Positions 1-10,711 are shown, counted from the first letter of the stretch. The stretch is 64,000 nucleotides of DNA from Clostridia bacterium (GCA_017556745.1 JAFYMF010000057.1:3485-67484); one strand, 5' to 3'. Numbers and translations: made by a program. Notes: generated by a model from the letters alone, not told the origin.

Positions 1-1198
1 CATTTCTATAATATTTTCCTTCCTCTGCAAGGTAGATCTCATCAATATGCGGATCTCCCGACGAGAACACATGATACCTATCAAAAAGGTGACTTTCAAT
101 GTCTTTATCATAGACATTTACATATTCATTTATTACCTTAAGTGTATCTGTTCTTGACATGATATAGTACCATGCACCGGAATCTATATTAGCTCTTGCA
201 GAACATCCCGGCAAGGTAACAAAAGACGCATTTTCAAGTTCAACAGAGAGCACATTTTTTGCAAAAAACACCGCATCTGCAAGCGATATATTTGTATCAA
301 CAAGACAATTAAAAACAGAACCGACAAGAGCGGGAATTGTTTTTAAACTGAAACTCTCTTTTAACTGACGGAGAAACGCGGAAATAAATATCTTTTGCGC
401 ATCTACTCTTCCTATGTCCCCCTCAACAAAGTCAGATCTAAAACGAACAAACTGTTCAGCTTTATTTCCGTCAAGAACTTGGTGTCCTTTGCTGATATTT
501 ATATAAAGTCCCTGATCAGGATCACTGTAATTAAGATCATAAGGGACATCCATTTCTACTCCGCCAATAGCATCTACGATAGAAGCAAATCCCTCAAGGT
601 CGATAAGAATATGATAATCTATCTCTATACACATATTCTTTTCAACAATCTCGGAAAGTTTCTCGAGAGCAACATTTACACTGTTCTTCTCACCGGAATT
701 TTTGGCTTCAGAATGTAGTGAACTGTATAGATAGTTTATCCTTCGCCCTGAGTTGTTATATTCGATAAAAGTGTCCCTCGGTATCTGAAGCACTGAAAGA
801 TCTGAATTAACAGTATCAAAGGAAATAACCATTATCACGTCAGTATTTTCTGCGACATGATCCTTAGCTATAAAAAGAAAATTGTAAACACCGTCTCTTC
901 TTTTGTATTGCGAAGAAGAACCGGAGTTGCCGTTCTCACTGTTTTCACTATCTACAGTTTCAGTATCTTTAAAAACATTATTTCCTGTGTCAAAACCGGG
1001 AATACGGTCAACATCAGGTCTGTAATATCTTAGGAAAAGAATACCTAAAGCAATAACAACTATTATGAAAGTAAAAACAGTTAGAACTATCACACCACCG
1101 TTTCTGTGACCTACACTTCTTCTCTGATGCCTGACATTATTGTCCGTATTTTTACTGTCACATTCATACATGGTGTGCTTATTATTTTTATTTTGCAT
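1..1198 (-). CDS. LCP (LytR-CpsA-Psr) family cell-envelope polymer transferase; C-terminal end lies beyond the window start
   Basis: Absent from the ORF track because it runs off the left edge. My own minus-strand translation from the ATG at 1198..1196 gives MQNKNNKH... It has a basic N-terminus, one TM helix (VIVLTVFTFIIVVIALGILFL) and LCP-domain motifs (VLQIPRDT, LEGFASIVDAIGGVEMDVP, LDGNKAEQFVRFRSDFVEGDIGRVDAQK). There is no stop before position 1. Confidence 0.85.
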   Translation of the reverse strand, partial: MQNKNNKHTMYECDSKNTDNNVRHQRRSVGHRNGGVIVLTVFTFIIVVIALGILFLRYYRPDVDRIPGFDTGNNVFKDTETVDSENSENGNSGSSSQYKRRDGVYNFLFIAKDHVAENTDVIMVISFDTVNSDLSVLQIPRDTFIEYNNSGRRINYLYSSLHSEAKNSGEKNSVNVALEKLSEIVEKNMCIEIDYHILIDLEGFASIVDAIGGVEMDVPYDLNYSDPDQGLYINISKGHQVLDGNKAEQFVRFRSDFVEGDIGRVDAQKIFISAFLRQLKESFSLKTIPALVGSVFNCLVDTNISLADAVFFAKNVLSVELENASFVTLPGCSARANIDSGAWYYIMSRTDTLKVINEYVNVYDKDIESHLFDRYHVFSSGDPHIDEIYLAEEGKYYRN

Positions 1199-1208
1199 TA
1201 TTAACCTC

Positions 1209-1841
1209 TTATTGATCGTTCGACAACACGAGGCAAAGATAATTCCGTGCCTCAAACGTATCGTTCATAATAACTTCCCTATTTTCAATCAGGTCATTTA
1301 TCGTGAGGTCAAAGGAATATAATAACGTATCATCAAGTATACGCTTTAAATCTGATCCGTCTTTTATATTATCATAAAATCGTTTTCTTACTTTAATACA
1401 GTCACCGAAAGTCCTTGTAGGCTCGGTATAATCAGCAAGATAAAGTATCTTTTCAAAAACAGTCATATCTTGCTTACCTGTAGTATGATATTCTATCGCA
1501 TCAAGCATATCATCATCCAAATATTCACCGTATTTATCCTCAGCTACAGCACGGGCGGTCTTCGCATGAAAACATTTGGGAGAACAACGCATCAAATCGG
1601 TAACAAGTATATCATATTTTTCACAAAGTTTCAACTGTTTTTCTGTATTATACTCTTTTGTAATATCATGCAACAAAGCTGCCGCCCGTAGATCATTCCT
1701 TCTCTCCGGACAATAGAGGTCAGAAAGCACTGCTGCTTCGTCCTCAACGGCAATGGTATGTGAATATCTTCTGTCTGACAGTTCTAAGCGAACAAACTTC
1801 CTCAATTCACCGAGAAATTCCTCTGTTATTTTTCTTTTCAT
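1209..1841 (-). CDS. yqeK: HD-domain bis(5'-nucleosyl)-tetraphosphatase YqeK
   Basis: 210 aa with an HD-domain pattern (RYSHTIAVE..., AALLHDITKE). The start overlaps the nadD stop by 1 nt, matching the conserved nadD-yqeK pairing of Firmicutes. Confidence 0.85.
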   Translation of the reverse strand: MKRKITEEFLGELRKFVRLELSDRRYSHTIAVEDEAAVLSDLYCPERRNDLRAAALLHDITKEYNTEKQLKLCEKYDILVTDLMRCSPKCFHAKTARAVAEDKYGEYLDDDMLDAIEYHTTGKQDMTVFEKILYLADYTEPTRTFGDCIKVRKRFYDNIKDGSDLKRILDDTLLYSFDLTINDLIENREVIMNDTFEARNYLCLVLSNDQ

Positions 1842-2470
1842 TATTTTTCTAAATACAATCTTCTTTCTTTTATGTAATCATACACATCACGCGGTAGATA
1901 ACCTTGCGGATCATTACCTGTACATATCATCTCTCTTATCCTGTGTGAAGATATTTCAAAGGGTTCAAGCTCAAGCATACGTATTACGGCAGAATAATCG
2001 TGGATATATTCTTCCGCTTTCTTTGTTATTTCAAAACCGGTATCCCTGTCATTCTCACGTCTGACACATATAATATCTGCCATTTTAAAAATATCCTCGG
2101 CTCTGTACCATGTATCAAGAGTAAGGAACATATCTGTACCGCACAAGAGACAAAGCCTATCGCTTTCTTCCATAAAATGCATCAAAGTATTATAGGTGTA
2201 ACTCTTTCCCGGACGAGTTATCTCAAAGTCAGATATAAATATCTTTTTTTCGTATTCAGGATAAGATGAAAACGCTATTTCAAGCATTTTATATCTGTTT
2301 TCTGAGTTATCTTCCGGATAGATATCCTTATGAGGCGGAACACCTGTCGGTATAATGTAGAGCTTATCAAGCTTTTCTTTTCGAAGAAACGAGAGAGCAG
2401 CTCCTATATGTCCATTATGAACCGGAGAAAAGGTACCGCCATAGATTCCTATCTTTTTTTCGTTTTTCAT
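1841..2470 (-). CDS. nadD: nicotinate-nucleotide adenylyltransferase
   Basis: 209 aa with the N-terminal nucleotidyltransferase motif GIYGGTFSPVHNGH. Flanked by yhbY and yqeK. Confidence 0.9.
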   Translation of the reverse strand: MKNEKKIGIYGGTFSPVHNGHIGAALSFLRKEKLDKLYIIPTGVPPHKDIYPEDNSENRYKMLEIAFSSYPEYEKKIFISDFEITRPGKSYTYNTLMHFMEESDRLCLLCGTDMFLTLDTWYRAEDIFKMADIICVRRENDRDTGFEITKKAEEYIHDYSAVIRMLELEPFEISSHRIREMICTGNDPQGYLPRDVYDYIKERRLYLEK

Positions 2471-2775
2471 TTAACAAGTATGATCTTTTTGTTATCCTCT
2501 GATTCTCTGTAAAGAACAAATTTAGTTCCGATAACGATTACAACGTCGGCACCAAGGCGTTCTGAGAGCTGTTCTGCAGCCTCTCTTGCAGTTACCGGAG
2601 AAGTCTCAAGACATTTGATTTTTATAAGCTCTCTTGCCTCAAGGGTATCATCAAGCTGAACACACATGTTATCATTTATACCGCCCTTTCCTATCTGGAA
2701 AATAGGCTGAAGTTCAGTCGCCATTGACTTAAGCTGAGATCTCTGTTTACTTGTAAGCATCTTTATCCCTTTCAA
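2467..2775 (-). CDS. yhbY: ribosome-assembly RNA-binding protein YhbY (CRM domain)
   Basis: 102 aa with LTSKQRSQLKSMA...IFQIGKGGI...ELIKIK, typical of YhbY. Has 4-nt overlaps with both neighbours. Confidence 0.85.
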   Translation of the reverse strand: MKGIKMLTSKQRSQLKSMATELQPIFQIGKGGINDNMCVQLDDTLEARELIKIKCLETSPVTAREAAEQLSERLGADVVIVIGTKFVLYRESEDNKKIILVK

Positions 2776-3374
2776 ACAAGCTCTGCAAGCTTTTCTGCAA
2801 AAGCACGCATAGCTATACTTCTGTGACTTATACTGTTCTTTTCTTCTGCGGTCATCTCGCCAAAGGTCTTATTAAATTCGGGATAATAGAAAAGCGGATC
2901 GTAGCCGAAACCACCATTGCCGTGAGGCTCCCTGAGAATAGTACCTTTGCAGATACCTACAGTTGTAAACCCTTCCCTGCCATCAGGAAACTCGCACGAA
3001 ATTGAGCACACAAATCTGGCTGTCCTGTCTTTTTCTTCAACACTTTTAAGTTCAGACAACAGCTTGTTATTGTTTTTTTCATCGGTTGCACCCTCACCAC
3101 TGTAACGCGCAGAATATATTCCCGGAGCGCCATTAAGAGCATCAACAGCAAGACCACTATCGTCTGCAACACCAATATAACCGAGAGATGCTGGTACTAA
3201 AGCCTTAATTATTGAATTTGCTTCGAATGAATCACCATTCTCGATTATTTCTCCCGTAAAACCAATATCATCAAGTGAAAGTATCTCAAAGGGTACGTTC
3301 ATATATGAGGAAAGCAAATCCTTCATTTCCTTGATCTTCCCCTTGTTCCTCGATGCAAGAACTATTTTAAGCAT
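2772..3374 (-). CDS. rdgB: non-canonical purine NTP pyrophosphatase (RdgB/HAM1 family)
   Basis: 200 aa with Ham1 motifs LASRNKGKIKE and GFGYDPLF. Confidence 0.9.
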   Translation of the reverse strand: MLKIVLASRNKGKIKEMKDLLSSYMNVPFEILSLDDIGFTGEIIENGDSFEANSIIKALVPASLGYIGVADDSGLAVDALNGAPGIYSARYSGEGATDEKNNNKLLSELKSVEEKDRTARFVCSISCEFPDGREGFTTVGICKGTILREPHGNGGFGYDPLFYYPEFNKTFGEMTAEEKNSISHRSIAMRAFAEKLAELV

Positions 3375-3388
3375 TGTATACTCTCCTG

Positions 3389-4294
3389 TTATTCAAACAA
3401 AGCCTTAGAAAACTCGTCAGCATCAAAGGGTTGCATATCATCAATACCCTCTCCGACACCAACAAATTTAACGGGAATACCAAGCTCAGCCTTGATAGAA
3501 ATGATAATACCTCCCTTGGCTGTACCGTCAAGCTTGGTCAGAACTATACCTGTTATGTTTGCTGCATTGACAAATTCCTTTGCCTGGATAACAGCATTCT
3601 GGCCTGTAGTAGCATCAAGAACAAGCAGGGTTTCTCTTGAAGAATCAGGAAGCTCTCTATCTATTACGCGATTTATCTTAGACAGCTCATCCATAAGATT
3701 TTTCTTATTGTGAAGACGTCCTGCAGTATCTACTATGAGCACATCTGCATTTTTCTTCTTGGCAGACTGAATGGCATCAAATACTACTGCAGCAGGATCT
3801 GAACCCTCGCTCTGTGCAATAAGGTCAACTCCCGCACGGTCTGCCCAGACACTGAGCTGATCAATTGCCGCGGCACGGAAAGTATCTGCTGCCGCAAGAA
3901 CCACTTTTTTACCGTCATCATTAAGTTTCTTCGCGATTTTACCGATTGATGTTGTCTTTCCAACACCATTTACACCAATGATAAGAAGAACGGATGGAAC
4001 TGTCTTAAGGTCAAGACCGCCGCTTTCACCTATTCTATCCCTGAGAATACTTACAAGAAGCTTCCTCACATCTTCCGGATCGCTAAGCTTATCATCCTTT
4101 ATTCTCTCACGAAGTTCGTCAATTATGTCTTCCGTTGTAGAAACACCTACGTCAGAAGTTATAAGAATTTCCTCGAGTTCCTCAAGAAGATCCTCATCTA
4201 CCTTAACGAAACTACGAAAAAGGCTGTCAACTCTACCAAAAACCGCTTCTTTGGTCTTTGCAAGACCTGCTTTTAATTTATCAAAAAATGCCAT
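3389..4294 (-). CDS. ftsY: signal recognition particle receptor FtsY
   Basis: 301 aa with SRP-GTPase NG-domain motifs GVNGVGKTT, DTAGR and TKLDG. Lies directly downstream of smc. Confidence 0.95.
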   Translation of the reverse strand: MAFFDKLKAGLAKTKEAVFGRVDSLFRSFVKVDEDLLEELEEILITSDVGVSTTEDIIDELRERIKDDKLSDPEDVRKLLVSILRDRIGESGGLDLKTVPSVLLIIGVNGVGKTTSIGKIAKKLNDDGKKVVLAAADTFRAAAIDQLSVWADRAGVDLIAQSEGSDPAAVVFDAIQSAKKKNADVLIVDTAGRLHNKKNLMDELSKINRVIDRELPDSSRETLLVLDATTGQNAVIQAKEFVNAANITGIVLTKLDGTAKGGIIISIKAELGIPVKFVGVGEGIDDMQPFDADEFSKALFE

Positions 4295-4310
4295 ATCTCA
4301 TATTTATGCT

Positions 4311-7300
4311 TTATGCAAGCATATCCTTTTTAAATTTTTCTATTTCGTTCACACCTATAGTAAGTACCTTTGATATTCCCTTCTGCGGCATAGTAACACC
4401 ATAAAGTCTGTCAGCAACATCCATAGTACCACGTCTATGGGTAATAAGTATAAACTGTGTATCAAGAGAATACTTTTTCACGTATTCTGCAAACCGATCA
4501 ACGTTTACCTCATCAAGTGCAGCCTCTATCTCGTCAAGTATAGAGAAAGGAGTGGGTGAATGTTTAAGCACTGCAAAAAATAGTGCTATAGCAACAAATG
4601 CCTGCTCACCACCCGACAAAAGAGTAAGATTCTTTATTATTTTACCGGGAGGAGCCGCCTTAATTTCAATTCCGCTATTAAGCACGTCATCAGGATCAGT
4701 GAGTACAATCTCTGCGGATCCGCCACCAAACAACTCACGGAACACTTCATTAAAGTTCACATTGACAGTATTGAAGGTTTCAATAAACTTGACTCGCATC
4801 TCTGACTCAAGATCAGCTATGATCTTGCTGAGATCTTTACCCGTTTTTTCCAGATCCTTAAGTTGAATGCTCATAGCATCATAACGAGACTTAACGTCAG
4901 CATATTCCTCGATAGCGTTTAAATTTACGTTACCGAGATTCTTCAATTTGTTTTTATATTCAGTCTGAATAGCCGCAACGCTTGCTCTCGTTTCTGCAGT
5001 CACAGGAGGATAGCCAAGCTCTGCCGCTGTACTGTGAGTAAGCTCGTAGTCGTCCCAGAGCTTTGTAACCATCTTATCTGTATCATTCTTGAGCTGAGTA
5101 AGCTTGTTCTCGCTCTTGGTATAAGAGCGGAACAATAGCTCTTTCTGATTGTTTTTCTCTTTTATAGTTGCTCTGAGCTCTGTAAGCCGTTTCTCTAGTT
5201 TAAGACTATCTTCATCAACACGAGACTTTTCCCGAGTGAGATCATCGAGAAGTCTTTCTGACTCCTGAGCTTCCCTACGGTTCTCTCCTCTGGATCTTTG
5301 AAGTTCTTCTATATTTCCACGAATTAAGTCTTTTTGCTCAGAATAGGCAGTGAGCTCAGACTCCGCAAAAACAATACGCTGAATTAGAGACTCAAGTGAT
5401 TCCTTTGAAACTTCTATTTCTTTTCTTGTTTCCGCTTCACTTATGAGACATTCTGAAATCTTTGCTCCAAGCTCAGTCACAATATCGAGAAGATCATTTT
5501 TACTAATTTCGATCTCCTCTCTTTCGCCTGCTATAGAAATCTGTTTACTCTCTATTTCTCCAATATCATGAGTAATCTGTAATGTATCCTTTTCATATTG
5601 CTCACTTTGCTCAGAAAGTCTACGGTGGTCTTCTTCTATACCAAGAATAAGATTCTCGTTTGCAGAAAGCTTGGCTTCATAGACATTAAGAGACGACACT
5701 TCATTTCTCAGCATCATCTCAAGAATAGCCTTGTTTTCGTTTACTCCAGCGTATCCCTTCTTTGCTGACTGAAGTGCCTCTTCCGAATCGGTCATATCAC
5801 GGACAACACCATCGAGATCTGCTGACAAAAAGGTCTTTCTGTCACTAAGGCGATCAATATCCTTTGAACGTGAAAGCATACCGCTGTCACGTTTCTGTGA
5901 ACCACCCGTAAAACTACCTCCGGCATTTATCTGTTGGCCGTCAAGTGTAACTATACGAACTGTATAGTTAACAGCCTTTGCCATTACTGTTGCATTTTCG
6001 ATATTATCGAAAACAACGGTACGACCAAGCTGAGAAGAAACAACATTTTTATATTTTACATCAAACTTGACAAGCTCATCGGCAAATCCGATAAAACCGC
6101 CAAAAGACGTAGCACGGAGCATATCCTTAGTATGCTCACTTGCCTTCATTGAAGTTAGCGGATAGAAGGTCGCTCTACCGGCTGATGCATTTCTCAATGC
6201 ATAAATACTGTTCTTTGCTGTAAACTCATCCTTAACAACAATATTCTGAACAGATGCACCAAGAGCAGTCTCTATGGCAGTTATATACTTATCATCAACA
6301 GTAATAAGTTTTGAAAGAGGCCCGTATATCTCGCCCTTTATATTGCCCTTTTCGTATTCCTGCATTACAAAGCGTACACCTGCGGCATAACCTTCAAAAT
6401 GCTCTTCCATACGCTTAAGAGCCTCTATACGCTGTTCAAGAGAGCGCATATTTACAAGAAGATCGTTCTTTTTCTCGTAAAGTTCGGTAATCTTATTGCT
6501 TTCCTTATCAATAATCTTCTGAAGTGATAAAAGCTTTTCATCAGCTTCTGCGAGCTTTTCTTTATACTCGGAAACTGTCTTTCCTGCTCTCTCCATGTCT
6601 TCTTTAAGACTGGCAGACACCTCGCGATACTTGGCCATCTCACTTGAGATGTCACTATTCTTTTCGTTACCGCTGCTCATAGCATTTTCTATAACGGAAA
6701 GACGAACTCGCAGATCGGTTCTTTCTACGTCAAGTGCCTTATATTCTGCAAGCTTTTCATCAAGAAGCACATTCTTTGCCGAAATTTCCCCATTAAGGCG
6801 AGTCTGCTCCATGGCAGCATCAAAACGAGAAGTTTCGGTATCTGTTAACTTCTGTTCGAGAGCCTCAATTTTTCCATTCAAAGAAGCTTTTTCTTCACGA
6901 AGAGATGCTATCTGCTGATTTTTTGCATCAGATGATGCGTTAATCTCAGATATTTTTTCCTCAAAATGAAGAATATTATTTTCTGATATTTTAAAGTCGC
7001 TTTCAAGTGAACTGATTCTATCGCTTTTGTTCTTTATTTCATTGAGAAGATGTTCAAAATACATTCTGTTCTTCTGTGCATTTTCATTGGTCTTCTCATA
7101 TTCATCCTCAAAACGCTCTGCTTGTTCGCTGGCCATATCAAGCTCACTCTTTGCAAGTCTGAAGTTTTCCTCAGCTTCTGTCAAAGCATTTCTGAGACTC
7201 TCTGTATCATAAAGCCAAAGAGAAACATCAGCTCTCTTCTTTTGCTCATAATAGTCAAGATATTTTTTTGCCTTCTCGGCATCACGCTCAAGCGGACCTA

Positions 7301-7910
7301 TTCTTGTCTCAAGCTCACCGTAAATATCGTTGATTCTGACTATATTATCCTGAGCTGCAGAAAGACGTCTTTCCGCTTCATGCTTCTTGTACCTGTATTT
7401 GGATATGCCGGCAGCTTCTTCGAAGATATTTCTTCTGTCCTCACTCTTACGAGACAGTATCTCCCCTATCTTGCCCTGTCCTATAATAGAGTACCCCTCT
7501 CTACCGATGCCGGTACTCATAAACAATTCGTGTATATCCTTAAGTCGTACTGCTTTACGGTTTATATAATATTCACTTTCTCCTGCACGATAATAACGTC
7601 TCGTGACAGTTATCTCCTCGTCAGGATAATCTATTTTTCCGCTTTCGGGGGAATTATCAAAGGTAACGGATACCTCAGCAAACCCCATTGGAGCACGTGA
7701 ATTCGCACCACCGAATATTACATCTTCCATACGACTGCCACGGATATTCTTTGAAGAAATCTCCCCAAGCACCCATCTCATCGCATCGGAAATATTCGAT
7801 TTTCCACTTCCGTTAGGACCCACGACTACAGTTACTCCCCGTTCGAAATTAAGAACGGTTTTATCAGGGAATGACTTGAAGCCATGCAACTCCATTGATT
7901 TTAAATACAT
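4311..7910 (-). CDS. smc: chromosome segregation protein SMC
   Basis: 1199 aa with Walker A GPNGSGKSN, two long coiled-coil arms around a hinge, a C-terminal LSGGE signature and Walker B ILDEIEAALD. Confidence 0.95.
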   Translation of the reverse strand: MYLKSMELHGFKSFPDKTVLNFERGVTVVVGPNGSGKSNISDAMRWVLGEISSKNIRGSRMEDVIFGGANSRAPMGFAEVSVTFDNSPESGKIDYPDEEITVTRRYYRAGESEYYINRKAVRLKDIHELFMSTGIGREGYSIIGQGKIGEILSRKSEDRRNIFEEAAGISKYRYKKHEAERRLSAAQDNIVRINDIYGELETRIGPLERDAEKAKKYLDYYEQKKRADVSLWLYDTESLRNALTEAEENFRLAKSELDMASEQAERFEDEYEKTNENAQKNRMYFEHLLNEIKNKSDRISSLESDFKISENNILHFEEKISEINASSDAKNQQIASLREEKASLNGKIEALEQKLTDTETSRFDAAMEQTRLNGEISAKNVLLDEKLAEYKALDVERTDLRVRLSVIENAMSSGNEKNSDISSEMAKYREVSASLKEDMERAGKTVSEYKEKLAEADEKLLSLQKIIDKESNKITELYEKKNDLLVNMRSLEQRIEALKRMEEHFEGYAAGVRFVMQEYEKGNIKGEIYGPLSKLITVDDKYITAIETALGASVQNIVVKDEFTAKNSIYALRNASAGRATFYPLTSMKASEHTKDMLRATSFGGFIGFADELVKFDVKYKNVVSSQLGRTVVFDNIENATVMAKAVNYTVRIVTLDGQQINAGGSFTGGSQKRDSGMLSRSKDIDRLSDRKTFLSADLDGVVRDMTDSEEALQSAKKGYAGVNENKAILEMMLRNEVSSLNVYEAKLSANENLILGIEEDHRRLSEQSEQYEKDTLQITHDIGEIESKQISIAGEREEIEISKNDLLDIVTELGAKISECLISEAETRKEIEVSKESLESLIQRIVFAESELTAYSEQKDLIRGNIEELQRSRGENRREAQESERLLDDLTREKSRVDEDSLKLEKRLTELRATIKEKNNQKELLFRSYTKSENKLTQLKNDTDKMVTKLWDDYELTHSTAAELGYPPVTAETRASVAAIQTEYKNKLKNLGNVNLNAIEEYADVKSRYDAMSIQLKDLEKTGKDLSKIIADLESEMRVKFIETFNTVNVNFNEVFRELFGGGSAEIVLTDPDDVLNSGIEIKAAPPGKIIKNLTLLSGGEQAFVAIALFFAVLKHSPTPFSILDEIEAALDEVNVDRFAEYVKKYSLDTQFILITHRRGTMDVADRLYGVTMPQKGISKVLTIGVNEIEKFKKDMLA

Positions 7911-7931
7911 TTGACTACCGCCTTGGTGTAT

Positions 7932-8954
7932 TTATTTTATTTCTATTTTAACATCGTATCCCGAGACAGTATCACACTCTGCAAACTTAAGATGTCTCAA
8001 GTGATATTCCTTTTCAAGTGTTACCTTGTTTTTCCTTTTCTGACCAATTGCCTTTGAAAGACAACCCTTTGATACAAGCACAGTAACCATGCTACCGTCT
8101 TCTATTTGGTCTTTGTTCACAGCAAGCTTTTCGCGAATAATATCAAGATAAAGAGCATTTTCCGCAAGCTCACCGATGGCAGGATGATTTGGTCCTGCAT
8201 AATATGTATCTTCAGAAGAAAGATTTTCTGCTGCACACAGCCCAACTCTGATACAGGGAACGCCCCTCTTATAAAAAACATAAAGAGCATTCTTTGTTCT
8301 TTCAACAGCCTCATCAAGTGACAATGGCATATATTCACCACATGCTGTCATATCACAGAGCTCACTATCTTTAAATACAACAGTTGGGTATATTCTTGCC
8401 GCATCAGCACCCATATCACAGCAGGTCTCTGCCGTCATTATTTCATCTTCTGCCGTAGCTCCCGGAAGGCCAATCATCATTTGTGATACAAACTCAAATC
8501 CATAGAATTTAACAAGAGCCGCAGCAGTAATAGAATTATCTCTTGTATGTCCGCGCTTTGATGCTGAAAGTACGGTGTCAGACATACTCTGTATACCAAG
8601 TTCAATGCAATTAACAGGATACCGTGCAAGTATATCCAGTATATCACGACTTATATAATCCGGTCGCGTAGACAACCTTATACCATTAACTCTTCCGTCC
8701 TTTACGTAAGAATCTGCAATAGACAGAAGTTCTATCATAAGATCTCTGTCTATACCGGTAAAACTACCGCCAAAAAAAGCAATCTCCGCAGTCTGATCAT
8801 CAGTCTTTGTAGAAAGAGCATCCTCTATCTCCACGCGAACAGTCGATGGATCAAAATCTCCATGACCCGAGATAAAACGCTGATTACAGAAAACACAATT
8901 GTTTGGACATCCAAGATGTGGGATAAATACAGGGATATTAATATGCTTTTTCAT
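7932..8954 (-). CDS. radical SAM protein, ELP3/MiaB/NifB-like, function unknown
   Basis: 340 aa with the CxxxCxxC cluster motif CPNNCVFC at residues about 16-23 and TIM-barrel-like radical SAM core motifs (FFGGSFT). Confidence 0.8.
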   Translation of the reverse strand: MKKHINIPVFIPHLGCPNNCVFCNQRFISGHGDFDPSTVRVEIEDALSTKTDDQTAEIAFFGGSFTGIDRDLMIELLSIADSYVKDGRVNGIRLSTRPDYISRDILDILARYPVNCIELGIQSMSDTVLSASKRGHTRDNSITAAALVKFYGFEFVSQMMIGLPGATAEDEIMTAETCCDMGADAARIYPTVVFKDSELCDMTACGEYMPLSLDEAVERTKNALYVFYKRGVPCIRVGLCAAENLSSEDTYYAGPNHPAIGELAENALYLDIIREKLAVNKDQIEDGSMVTVLVSKGCLSKAIGQKRKNKVTLEKEYHLRHLKFAECDTVSGYDVKIEIK

Positions 8955-8955
8955 A

Positions 8956-9726
8956 TCAGCTCTCTTCGCCGAAATAACTCAAAGCTTCTCTTGCTGCCGC
9001 CTGTTCGGCCTCACGCTTACTCTTGCCGATACCGTGACCAATAACATTACTATTAAGATGCGCCTCAATAGTAAATGTCTTCATATGCGCAGGGCCACTC
9101 TCATCCTTAAGAACATACTCAAGCTTTTCACCGTCTGCCTGCTGAACAATCTGCTGTAGAAGTGTCTTATAATCCTTCATAGCACCGTGCTTTGTAATCT
9201 TGTTAAGCTCGACAAGTATGAGAGGCATAAGAAATTCCTGTGCCTTTTCCTCACCCAAATCACCGGAATCAAGGAATATGGCACCAAGAAGTGCTTCAAA
9301 AGCATCTGCAAGTATCGAGATACGAGTTCTTCCGCCGTTCAATTCTTCACCCTTACCAAGACGAAGAAAATCTCCAAGTCCTATGGTATTGGCTATCTCT
9401 CCAAGAGACTTCTCACACACAACACCTGCCCTGAGCTTTGTAAGCTCACCCTCAGGGAAACTGTCATAATGAATGAAAATATATTTGCTGACAATTATAG
9501 AAAGAACAGAGTCCCCAAGGAACTCAAGTCTCTCATTGCACTCGGTTTCTCCAAGGTGCTTTGACTTAGCCTCATTTGAATATGAAGAATGGGTAAGAGC
9601 GGTTGTAATAAGGCTTTTGTCGCTGAAAACATAGCCTATTCTCTTCTCAAGCTCGTCTAAAGGTAACGGTAAATTGGAATTATTTATATCCATAGTTTCT
9701 TTATTCAGCCTTTTCCGTTTTTTCAT
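8956..9726 (-). CDS. rnc: ribonuclease III
   Basis: 256 aa with RNase III signature ERLEFLGDSVL and a C-terminal dsRBD (GPAHMKTF...GKSKREAEQAAA). The ORF-track start overlaps plsX by 26 nt. An alternative ATG at 9693 (MDINNS...) removes the overlap. Neither start has a clear SD, so the start is uncertain. Confidence 0.9.
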   Translation of the reverse strand: MKKRKRLNKETMDINNSNLPLPLDELEKRIGYVFSDKSLITTALTHSSYSNEAKSKHLGETECNERLEFLGDSVLSIIVSKYIFIHYDSFPEGELTKLRAGVVCEKSLGEIANTIGLGDFLRLGKGEELNGGRTRISILADAFEALLGAIFLDSGDLGEEKAQEFLMPLILVELNKITKHGAMKDYKTLLQQIVQQADGEKLEYVLKDESGPAHMKTFTIEAHLNSNVIGHGIGKSKREAEQAAAREALSYFGEES

Positions 9727-10711
9727 TATTTAATGCAATACTATCTGCAATCTTCTGTATAATACCGGTTTTAGAATATTCTATTGCTTGTCTGACAGCA
9801 TTCTTGATGGCCTTTGCATCAGATGATCCATGAGCCTTTATAACAGGCTTAGCTACACCAAGAAAAGGTGCACCACCGTGTTCAGATGCATCAAACTTAT
9901 GTTTAAGTCCGCGGAGATGCTTCTTCATCAAAACAGCAGCAACCTTGGAAGCAATCCCTGAAAGGAACATTGTTTTAAGCTCGGAGAAAATAAAACTACC
10001 CATTCCCTCAATAAGCTTAAGTATAACATTTCCGGTAAAACCATCTGTCACTATCACGTCACAAGGTGCATTGGGAATTTCTCTTGCTTCAATGTTACCT
10101 GCAAAATTAATGTCCGCATCTTTAAAGAGCTTGTACGCTTCACGCTCTGTGGCAGTACCTTTGGTCTCTTCAACTCCGTTATTGACAAGTCCTACTGAAG
10201 GAGACTCTATACCGTAAATATTGTTCATATATATAGCTCCCATAGTCCCCCATTGAACGAGATCCTCGGGAACAATATCTATATTGGCACCGGAATCCAT
10301 AAGAAGAATCGGTTTTTTTAGAGGAAGCACGGTGGCAATTCCCGCACGATGAACCCCTTTTATCTTTCTTACAATAAGTGAGGAACCTGCATGAAGGGCA
10401 CCTGAGTTTCCTGCAGAAACAAGGGCATCGCATTCACCGTCTCTGAGCATATAAAGGCCACGGCTCATTGAAGAATCCTTCTTTGAACGGACAACAGATA
10501 CAGCATCGTCATCCATTTCTATCTTTACCTCAGTATGAACTATCTCCACCGAAGAAATATCAAGAGAATCTTCTCTCGCAATTTTTTCTATCTCATCCTT
10601 GTTTCCGATCATTACGATATCAACACCGTATTCGGAAGCCGCAGCTACCGCGCCACGGACTAGTTCACGGGGTGCATTGTCACCACCCATTACATCAACT
10701 GCTATTTTCAA
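9701..10711 (-). CDS. plsX: phosphate acyltransferase PlsX
   Basis: 336 aa with N-terminus MKIAVDVMGGDNAP and length typical of PlsX. Confidence 0.95.
   Translation of the reverse strand: MKIAVDVMGGDNAPRELVRGAVAAASEYGVDIVMIGNKDEIEKIAREDSLDISSVEIVHTEVKIEMDDDAVSVVRSKKDSSMSRGLYMLRDGECDALVSAGNSGALHAGSSLIVRKIKGVHRAGIATVLPLKKPILLMDSGANIDIVPEDLVQWGTMGAIYMNNIYGIESPSVGLVNNGVEETKGTATEREAYKLFKDADINFAGNIEAREIPNAPCDVIVTDGFTGNVILKLIEGMGSFIFSELKTMFLSGIASKVAAVLMKKHLRGLKHKFDASEHGGAPFLGVAKPVIKAHGSSDAKAIKNAVRQAIEYSKTGIIQKIADSIALNNEKTEKAE

Noticed and set aside
395-718. 107-aa plus-strand ORF at the left end of the window
   Set aside because: It is antisense to the partial LCP-family gene, which I translated manually and which has clear family motifs.
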